A stretch of 64,000 bases of DNA from Gammaproteobacteria bacterium (GTDB lineage Bacteria; Pseudomonadota; Gammaproteobacteria; Chromatiales; Chromatiaceae), in assembly GCA_009929855.1 (NCBI GenBank), contig RZZN01000017.1:371-64370 (forward strand), written 5' to 3'. The notes beneath the pieces were generated by a model. That model saw nothing but the letters and a program-made list of their open reading frames with translations, did not search any database and was not told where the DNA came from. This document shows, in pieces, positions 56,931 to 64,000 of the stretch. Position 1 is the stretch's first letter; each line of letters starts with the position of its first letter. A program made the translations under genes and the position numbers.

Positions 56931-57256
56931 CCGAAGAGCCGGTTCAAGTGAGCATCCGCATCCTCGACAAAGACTATCGCATCGCCTGCGGATCGGGAGA
57001 GGAGGAGGGGTTGCGCGAGTCCGCTCGTCTGCTCGACCGCAAGATGCGCGAGATTCGCCAGAGTGGGCGCGTCATCGGCTCCGACCGCATCGCCGTCATG
57101 GCGGCGTTGAACATCGCCTACGACTTCGTCCAATTGAAGCGGGTCTCGCCGATCAGTGAAACCGAGATGGAGCATCGACTCGCCCACCTCCAGGCACGGC
57201 TCGCGCATGCACTATCGGATGAACCCAGGCTGGACGCGCCGCTTGAAAGGGTATAG
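56927..57256 (+). CDS. zapA: Cell division protein ZapA
   Basis: VSIRILDKDYRIACGSGEEEGLRESARLLDRKMREIR..DRIAVMAALNIAYDF. Confidence 0.88.
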   Translation: MTEEPVQVSIRILDKDYRIACGSGEEEGLRESARLLDRKMREIRQSGRVIGSDRIAVMAALNIAYDFVQLKRVSPISETEMEHRLAHLQARLAHALSDEPRLDAPLERV

Positions 57257-57264
57257 CCTGTCAC

Positions 57265-57460
57265 ACAGACACCCCCTGTAGTGCTCGACCGCGGCCTGGG
57301 TATTTTCTTGAGCCTATTCGCTACCCAGGGGATATGAAAGTGAAGCCATTGTGCAAGCCCGTCACCGAGCGGGACGCCTCGCGCCGAGCTCGATGTCCCC
57401 ACTTGAACCACCAGGTTCAAGAACAAAGGTCTGTGACGACACCAATGGGGGGTGTCTCTA
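57265..57460 (+). ncRNA. ssrS: 6S RNA
   Basis: Canonical position between zapA and ygfA. Closing stem AGACACCCCC (57267-76) pairs with GGGGGTGTCT (57448-57). Internal CACUUGAACCACCAGGUUCAAG matches E. coli 6S CACCUUGAACCAAGGGUUCAAG. Length about 190 nt. Ends are approximate. Confidence 0.8.
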
Positions 57461-57467
57461 CTCCAAG

Positions 57468-58109
57468 ATGATCGGGTCCAGAGCACTTCGTCTTGCCTTG
57501 CGGCGAGCCCGCCGCGCACTTCCGGCACCGACACAGCGTCATCATGCCGAACAGGTGAGAAGACGTCTGCGACGCGACCTGATCTACCGTTCCAAGCATC
57601 ACATCGCCGCCTACTGGCCCGCCGATGGCGAGCTCGACCCACGCCCACTGATGCGTGAGGCCATCACGCACGGCCAAGCCCTCTATCTACCCGTGTTGGG
57701 ACGTCGTTTCGGCGATCCCAATGGCAAGGGGCTGCGCTTCGCGCGCTACCGTCCAGAGGCGCCCATGCGGCCCAATCGATACGGCATCCCGGAGCCACGC
57801 GGACGCGTGCGGCGCTCGGCCCGCCGACTCGACATCCTGCTGGTGCCGCTGGTGGGGTTCGACGCCGACTGCAATCGCATCGGCATGGGGGGTGGCTACT
57901 ATGATCGCACGCTCGGCTATCTGCTGAGCCGACGTCACTGGCGCCGCCCCCGGCTGATCGGGATCGCGCATGAATGCCAGCGTCTGGAGCGGATCCTGCC
58001 GCGTCCCTGGGATATCCCGTTGGATGCCATCGTCACCGAAGAGCGCGTCTATCGGCGTCGCCCCGCGGCGGGAGCGCCGACGCCACCGGCCCCCGAGAGC
58101 GACCGCTGA
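57468..58109 (+). CDS. ygfA: 5-formyltetrahydrofolate cyclo-ligase
   Basis: ORF trimmed to MIGSRALR. YLPV.., LLVPLVGFDADCNRIGMGGGYYDRTL, and DAIVTEE at the C-terminus. Confidence 0.88.
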   Translation: MIGSRALRLALRRARRALPAPTQRHHAEQVRRRLRRDLIYRSKHHIAAYWPADGELDPRPLMREAITHGQALYLPVLGRRFGDPNGKGLRFARYRPEAPMRPNRYGIPEPRGRVRRSARRLDILLVPLVGFDADCNRIGMGGGYYDRTLGYLLSRRHWRRPRLIGIAHECQRLERILPRPWDIPLDAIVTEERVYRRRPAAGAPTPPAPESDR

Positions 58110-59932
58110 TGTGCGGCATCGCGGGGCTGATCCTGCGCCATGGCAGCCCGCATCCACGCATGCTCGCCACCGCCGCCGCCCGACTCGCGCACCGCGGACC
58201 GGATGATTCGGGCATCTGGTGCAAGGACGGCGTCGGCCTCGCCCATACACGCCTCTCCATCATCGATCTCGGTGGCGGACGCCAGCCGATCCATGATCCA
58301 GCGGGTCAGTACGCGCTGATCGCCAACGGCGAGGTCTACAACTTCGTGGAGCTGCGCGCCGAGCTGCAGCGCGAGGGCTGCCAGTTCAGCACTGGCTCGG
58401 ATTCCGAGACGATCCTCCAGGTCTATGCACGCCACGGGGTCGCGGGACTGCGGCGGCTCAATGGCATGTTCGCCTTCGCCCTCTATGCCACACGTGAGCG
58501 CAGCCTGGTGCTCGGTCGCGACCGACTCGGCATCAAGCCACTCTATTATGCCGAGCGCCCGGATCGCATCGTCTTCGCCTCCGAGCTCAAGGCACTGCTG
58601 CCACTCCTGCCACAGGTTCCCGCGCCCTGCGCGCGCGGCCTCGACGCCTTTCTCGAGGGCGGCTTCAACAGCTCGGCCGACACCATCCTGCAGGGGGTGC
58701 GCAAGCTCGCGCCCGGCAGCGCGCTGATCATCGACCCCGAGCTGCGTACCCGCACCTTCACCTATTGGTCGGCGCTGGAGTCCCCGCTGCTCGATCTCAA
58801 CCAGGGGCAGGCCCATGAGCGCTTCGCGCCACTCTTCGAGCAGGTCTTGCAGGAGCATCGCCGCAGCGACGTTCCCTATGGTCTCTTTCTCTCGGGAGGC
58901 ATCGATTCGGGCACATTGCTCGCGCAGCTGTCACGCTGGGGAGATCGGCCGCTGCGAACCTTCTCGGTTGGTTACCAGCAGAGCGGACGGGAGGCCGATG
59001 AGCTGAGCGCGGCCCGCGAGATCGCCACGCGTTTCGGCACCGATCACACCGAGCTGCGGCTCCACCCGGACGCGCTGTTCCAAGCCTTGCCGCTGGCCGT
59101 CTGGGCCGCCGACGAGCCGCTCTATGATCCGGCCTGCTTGCCGACGCTCCTCATGGCGCGGGTCGCCGCCACTGAGCTCAAGGTCGTCTTCACCGGCGAG
59201 GGCGGCGATGAGGTCTTCGCCGGGTATGGCCGCTACCGGCGCGCACGACTCCAGCAGACCATCAAGCAGCTGCTGCATCCAGCCACCGGGGGCTATCGCC
59301 GCGGCAGTCGCTGGCCGCATCGGCTCCGCCGTGCCGCCTTCACGTCGGACCTGTGGCAGGCACGTGGCGCCTACCGCCAACCCATCGCGGCGGCCTGGGC
59401 GCAAACCCCGCGGGCGTGGGGCTTCCTGCGGCGCGCCCAGTACACCGATCTGCGCACCGAGCTGGTCGATGGGCTGCTCGTCAAGGTCGACCGCACACTC
59501 ATGGCCTGCGGTCTGGAAGGACGCGTCCCCTTTCTCGATCACCGTATCGTCGAGTTTGGTCTGGGATTGCCCGACCCGCTCAAGGTCCAGGGCCGGGTCG
59601 GCAAGCTGTTCCTGCGCCGCTGGGCCGAGCCACTGCTGTCGGGCGCACGCTCGGGCAGCCGCAAACAGGGGTTCGGGGTTCCCTTGGATCCGGTCTTTCA
59701 GGATCCACTCCTGGGTCATCTTGGCGCTCGACTGGCGCGCAGCCGGCTCCTGCGCGACTGGATCAAACCAGGATTCATCCCGACGCTGATCGCCATGCAG
59801 CGCCATGACGGCCGGGCCACCGAATATCTATTGCAGCTCACCCAGCTGGCGCTCTGGGAACGGCTGCTCCTGGAGGACCCCCGCTCGACCCCACCCGAGG
59901 CCGCGGAGAACCCACTCGACTGGCTGGCCTGA
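58109..59932 (+). CDS. asnB: Asparagine synthase (glutamine-hydrolysing), AsnB-family amidotransferase
   Basis: ORF trimmed to MCGIAGL (Ntn Cys2). RGPDDSG, and PP-loop [10 protein letters not shown]. Its ATG overlaps the ygfA stop (TGATG). Confidence 0.85.
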   Translation: MCGIAGLILRHGSPHPRMLATAAARLAHRGPDDSGIWCKDGVGLAHTRLSIIDLGGGRQPIHDPAGQYALIANGEVYNFVELRAELQREGCQFSTGSDSETILQVYARHGVAGLRRLNGMFAFALYATRERSLVLGRDRLGIKPLYYAERPDRIVFASELKALLPLLPQVPAPCARGLDAFLEGGFNSSADTILQGVRKLAPGSALIIDPELRTRTFTYWSALESPLLDLNQGQAHERFAPLFEQVLQEHRRSDVPYGLFLSGGIDSGTLLAQLSRWGDRPLRTFSVGYQQSGREADELSAAREIATRFGTDHTELRLHPDALFQALPLAVWAADEPLYDPACLPTLLMARVAATELKVVFTGEGGDEVFAGYGRYRRARLQQTIKQLLHPATGGYRRGSRWPHRLRRAAFTSDLWQARGAYRQPIAAAWAQTPRAWGFLRRAQYTDLRTELVDGLLVKVDRTLMACGLEGRVPFLDHRIVEFGLGLPDPLKVQGRVGKLFLRRWAEPLLSGARSGSRKQGFGVPLDPVFQDPLLGHLGARLARSRLLRDWIKPGFIPTLIAMQRHDGRATEYLLQLTQLALWERLLLEDPRSTPPEAAENPLDWLA

Positions 59933-59952
59933 GCGAACGGCCGCTCCGCCGC

Positions 59953-61485
59953 TCAGGCCGCGGGCGGGAGACAGCCGGCGAAGATGCGATACGCCGGGTT
60001 CTCGGATTCGTCCCAGTATTGATAGCCGAGTTGATCGAGTGCCTCGCGAAAGGTCTCAATCTCGTGACGTGGGATCTCGGCGCCCATCAGCACTCGGCCA
60101 TAGGCGGCGCCATGGTTGCGGTAGTGGAACAGCGTGATGTTCCAGCGTTTGCCCAGGGCAGTCAGGAAATCGAGCAGCGCGCCAGGTCGCTCCGGAAACT
60201 CGAACCGCACCAATGCCTCGTTCTCGATACCCTTGGCATGGCCGCCGACCATGTAGCGGATATGCAGCTTGGCGGTCTCGTTCTCAGTCATGTCGAGCAC
60301 CCCGAAGCCTTTTTCGGTGAGACGCCCGATCAGCTCGGCGCGCTCCTCGTCGCCACGCGCGAGCTCGATGCCGACGAAGACCTGGGCGCGCTGGGCGTCC
60401 GCGTAGCGATAGTTGAACTCGGTGATCTGACGTCGCCCGATGACCCGGCAGAAGGCGAGAAAGCTGCCGGGACGCTCGGGGATCTCGACCGCGAGCAGGG
60501 CCTCGCGACGCTCGCCGAGCTCGGCGCGCTCGGCGATGTGGCGCAGCCGATCGAAGTTCACGTTCGCGCCACTCTCGATGGCGATCAGATGCTCGCCGCG
60601 GATGCGATGGGTCTCGACATACCGTTTCATGCCCGCGACCGCCAGCGCCCCGGCTGGCTCGGCGATCCCGCGCGTATCATCGAAGATGTCCTTCACGGCC
60701 GCGCAGATCTCGTCGGTGCTCACCAGGACCATCGCATCCACACGCTGGCGGGCGACCCGAAAGGTCTCCTTGCCGATCCGCCGCACCGCGACACCATCGG
60801 CGAACAGACCGACCTGGGCAAGATCGACCGGCTGCCCGGCCGCCAGCGCATCGTGCAAGGTCGGGGCTTCCCGTGGCTCGACCCCAATGATGCGCACCTG
60901 TGGGCGGAGCCACTTCACGAAGGCCGCCACGCCGGCGATCAGACCACCGCCCCCGACCGGGACGAAGATGGCATGCGGCGGCCGCGGGTGTTGGCGCAGG
61001 ATCTCCATCCCAATCGTCCCTTGACCAGCGATGACATCTGGGTCATCGAATGGATGCAGAAAGGTCAGGCCCTTCTCCTCGACCAGTGTCATGGCATGGG
61101 CATAGGCATCGTCGTAAGAATCGCCATGCAAGACCGCCTTGCCGCCGAGACGCCGGACCGATCGCACCTTGATGGCCGGCGTGGTGCGCGGCATCACGAT
61201 GGTCGCGTGGATCCCGAGCTTGGCCGCACCGAGCGCCACACCTTGGGCATGGTTGCCCGCGCTGGCCGCGATGACGCCACGCGCCCGCACCTGCGGATCC
61301 AGATGGATCAGCTTGTTGTAGGCACCGCGCAACTTGAAGGAGAAGACTGGCTGCAGATCCTCGCGCTTGAGGAAGACCTCGTTCTCGAGCCGAGCCGAGA
61401 GCTGCGGGGCATGCGTCAGCGGGGTCTCTTGCGCGACATCGTAGACGCGCGCGCGCAGGATGCGCTCGATATAAGCGTCTGGCAT
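59953..61485 (-). CDS. ilvA: Biosynthetic threonine ammonia-lyase IlvA
   Basis: ORF trimmed to [20 protein letters not shown] Lys motif [18 protein letters not shown], and two C-terminal ACT-like regulatory domains. Confidence 0.93.
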   Translation of the reverse strand: MPDAYIERILRARVYDVAQETPLTHAPQLSARLENEVFLKREDLQPVFSFKLRGAYNKLIHLDPQVRARGVIAASAGNHAQGVALGAAKLGIHATIVMPRTTPAIKVRSVRRLGGKAVLHGDSYDDAYAHAMTLVEEKGLTFLHPFDDPDVIAGQGTIGMEILRQHPRPPHAIFVPVGGGGLIAGVAAFVKWLRPQVRIIGVEPREAPTLHDALAAGQPVDLAQVGLFADGVAVRRIGKETFRVARQRVDAMVLVSTDEICAAVKDIFDDTRGIAEPAGALAVAGMKRYVETHRIRGEHLIAIESGANVNFDRLRHIAERAELGERREALLAVEIPERPGSFLAFCRVIGRRQITEFNYRYADAQRAQVFVGIELARGDEERAELIGRLTEKGFGVLDMTENETAKLHIRYMVGGHAKGIENEALVRFEFPERPGALLDFLTALGKRWNITLFHYRNHGAAYGRVLMGAEIPRHEIETFREALDQLGYQYWDESENPAYRIFAGCLPPAA

Positions 61486-61665
61486 CGGGACTCCAGGTTG
61501 TTGAGGCTTTGCTATCATACGCCGCGATCACTGCAAGCGCAGTCGGCACGGGCGGCGCGCTCATCGAGCCGTTGCGATCCGGGACGCACCGCGCGGAGGA
61601 CCCCGTCCGGCCAACACTCGAGATTGCAGTTTCCGCGACCACTCAACTCAATCACTGGAGGACTC

Positions 61666-62325
61666 ATGAGCCAGCAGGACGCCATGAAGAAGCAGGCCGC
61701 CGAGGCGGCGCTCGCGTATGTCGAGGGCGGGATCATCGGAGTCGGCACAGGCTCCACCGTCAATCATTTCATCGATGCCCTCGCTGGCATCAAGGGACGC
61801 ATCGAGGGCGCGGTCTCCAGCTCGGTCGCCTCGACCGCGCGCTTGGAGTCACACGGCATCCCGGTCCTCGACCTGAATGCAGTGGGCGAGCTTGCGCTCT
61901 ATGTCGATGGCGCCGACGAGTCCAACGAGCGGCTACAGCTCATCAAGGGCGGCGGTGGCGCGCTCACCCGCGAGAAGATCGTCGCGGCCGCCAGCAAGCA
62001 GTTCGTTTGCATCGCCGACGAGAGCAAACTGGTCAAGGTGCTGGGGGCCTTTCCGCTGCCGGTGGAGGTCATCCCCATGGCCCGCTCCTATGTCGCCCGC
62101 GAGCTGGTTCGGCTCGGCGGCACGCCGGTCTGGCGCGAGGGCTGCGTGACCGACAACGGCAATCTGATCCTCGACGTGCATGATCTGGCGATCACCGAGC
62201 CGAGCGCGCTGGAGCAACGGATCAACAACATCGCCGGGGTGGTGACGGTGGGCATCTTCGCCTTGCGTCCAGCCGATGTGCTGATCCTGGGGACACCCGC
62301 TGGAGCGCGGACACTGAGTCTCTGA
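61666..62325 (+). CDS. rpiA: Ribose-5-phosphate isomerase A
   Basis: ORF 60019.. trimmed to [48 protein letters not shown]. Confidence 0.93.
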   Translation: MSQQDAMKKQAAEAALAYVEGGIIGVGTGSTVNHFIDALAGIKGRIEGAVSSSVASTARLESHGIPVLDLNAVGELALYVDGADESNERLQLIKGGGGALTREKIVAAASKQFVCIADESKLVKVLGAFPLPVEVIPMARSYVARELVRLGGTPVWREGCVTDNGNLILDVHDLAITEPSALEQRINNIAGVVTVGIFALRPADVLILGTPAGARTLSL

Positions 62326-62384
62326 GCGACAAGGCTCCAGGCCAGGAGTCGGGAGATCAGGGGTCAGGGTTCAGGCGGCCGTGC

Positions 62385-62432
62385 GCGTCGCGCCCGCGAT
62401 CCAGCGTCGACACTGGATCGCGGGCGCGACGC
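62385..62432. terminator. Perfect 20-bp-stem hairpin between convergent rpiA and ftsZ (bidirectional terminator candidate)
   Basis: GCGTCGCGCCCGCGATCCAG-cgtcgaca-CTGGATCGCGGGCGCGACGC. Confidence 0.6.
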
Positions 62433-62475
62433 ACATCCACCGCGGGAGGTGCGGGGGACCCGGCCGAGTGGCTGA

Positions 62476-63660
62476 TCAAGAGGTGCCGGACCCGTCGCCG
62501 CGGCGACGCAGAAACGCTGGGATGTCCAGATAATCCAGATCATTCTCCTCCACCACCTCGGCCGCCGCGGCACCGCCGACCGCGCGCCGATTGACTGAGA
62601 CGCGACCCGGCGGGTTGTCGGCCGCCCCGCCATCGCGCCGCCCGCCAGCGATCAGATGCATGGGTGTCGCTTCCTGTGCCCCGTCTCGGCGCGCGGCGGC
62701 GCGCCGATTGCCCAAGCCGGTCGCGACGAGTGTGACCCGCAACTCATCCCCCAGGGTTGGATCGATGACCGTGCCGATCACCACCGTGGACTCGTCATCG
62801 GCGAGCTCGCGCACCCGGTTGCCGACATCGTCGAACTCGCCGATGGTGAGACTCATCCCCGCGGTGATATTGACCAGGATCCCGCGCGCCCCGTTGAGAT
62901 CGATATCCTCGAGCAAGGGGCTGCGAATGGCGGCCTCGGCCGCCATGCGCGCACGCTCGGCGCCCCGCGCCGCACCCGTACCCATCATGGCCACGCCCAT
63001 CTCAGACATGACCGTCTTGACGTCGGCGAAGTCGACATTGATCAGACCCGGCCGGGTGATGAGCTCGGTGATGCCCTGGGTCGCATGCAGCAAGACGTCG
63101 TTGGCAGCGCCGAATGCATCCAGGAGGTTCATGCTCTTGCCAAGCACCGCCAAGAGCTTTTCGTTGGGGATCGTGATCAGCGAATCCACATGCTGGGCCA
63201 GCTCGCGGATCCCATCCTCGGCGATGCGACGACGCTTCACCCCCTCGAACGGAAAGGGCTTGGTCACCACCGCCACCGTCAACACCCCCAGCTCCTTGGC
63301 GACCATGGCCACCACCGGGGCAGCGCCGGTGCCGGTGCCACCACCCATCCCAGCGGTGATGAAGACCATATCAGCGCCGTCGAGCATATCCTTGATCTGG
63401 TCACGATCCGCCATCGCCGCGCTGCGGCCCACCTCCGGATTGGCACCGGCCCCCAGACCCTTGGTGATCGCCGCGCCGAGTTGGAGGGTCTGCTTGACCC
63501 GGGCAGCGCGCAGCGCTTGGGCATCGGTGTTGGCACAGATGAACTCCACACCGTCGATGGCCGCCGCGACCATATGGTTGACCGCATTGCCACCACCGCC
63601 ACCGACACCAACGACCTTGATCACGGCATTGCGGGCATGGGCGCCCATTAGCTCAAGCAC
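62476..63660 (-). CDS. ftsZ: Cell division protein FtsZ
   Basis: GTG start after GAGGGGAG. (M)LELMG..IKVVGVGGGGGNAVNHM..GLGAGANPEVG..ITAGMGGGTGTGAAPVVA. C-terminal DYLDIPAFLRR peptide. Confidence 0.95.
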   Translation of the reverse strand: MLELMGAHARNAVIKVVGVGGGGGNAVNHMVAAAIDGVEFICANTDAQALRAARVKQTLQLGAAITKGLGAGANPEVGRSAAMADRDQIKDMLDGADMVFITAGMGGGTGTGAAPVVAMVAKELGVLTVAVVTKPFPFEGVKRRRIAEDGIRELAQHVDSLITIPNEKLLAVLGKSMNLLDAFGAANDVLLHATQGITELITRPGLINVDFADVKTVMSEMGVAMMGTGAARGAERARMAAEAAIRSPLLEDIDLNGARGILVNITAGMSLTIGEFDDVGNRVRELADDESTVVIGTVIDPTLGDELRVTLVATGLGNRRAAARRDGAQEATPMHLIAGGRRDGGAADNPPGRVSVNRRAVGGAAAAEVVEENDLDYLDIPAFLRRRGDGSGTS

Positions 63661-64000
63661 GATGTTCTCCCCTCATGGATTCTGATTTGAATGATCTGAA
63701 AATATGCCAGCATCAGAGTCAAGACTGACGGCCTCGCGGCGGTGTCTTGCCGATCCCAATCGCGGCATCGCACCCGCGCAGCGTCGCGTACCTTCAAAAC
63801 GTCTGCTGTCGATTAGGATAACCGAATCGAGTCACACGGATACGACTCTCGCTCGAGAGCGGCCCTGGTTCGACGATCTCCCCATGCGCGGCGGGTCGCG
63901 GCGACGCCATCCTCGACGAGACGCCAATCGACAGCAACGCCGACCCAAGATCACCCCGGCCAACGCGCGGCAGGGGCCGACCAGAGCGCGCTCCAGGGTG

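Overview
High-GC (~65%) gammaproteobacterial chromosome segment. Synteny (ygfB-pepP-ubiH-ubiI, divergent zapA-6S RNA-ygfA, ftsZ) and gene content (BLUF, bacteriohemerythrin, DUF29, two-subunit pyruvate carboxylase) suggest a Chromatiales / purple-sulfur-like organism, but I cannot verify this without a database. I call about 58 protein genes. They are tightly packed and mostly core metabolism and housekeeping. I found no rRNA, tRNA, transposase, integrase, CRISPR array or obvious defence island.

Many ORF-track entries are antisense 'shadow' ORFs or 5'-extended versions of real genes, as expected at this GC content. Starts were re-picked from conserved N-termini and Shine-Dalgarno (SD) context.

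Non-coding elements I can support:
- a 6S RNA (ssrS) between zapA and ygfA
- a probable yybP-ykoY Mn2+ riboswitch in front of a GDT1/UPF0016 transporter
- a Zur-box-like site upstream of znuA
- a two-copy ~125-150 bp intergenic repeat carrying a perfect 24-bp tandem duplication
- several strong hairpins

Most interesting observations:
1. A BLUF blue-light sensor fused to a PsiE-like integral membrane domain.
2. An IclR-linked operon pairing a ~750-aa phosphoketolase/transketolase-like ThDP enzyme with a DUF1537 'four-carbon acid sugar' kinase, without the usual pathway partners.
3. A signal-peptide-bearing minimal ATP-dependent DNA ligase (Lig E type) just upstream of a periplasmic di-haem cytochrome c peroxidase.
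4. A zinc island with zur embedded in it and a ZrgAB-like pair lacking its permease.

All functional calls rest on motif and family recognition by eye; no searches were run.
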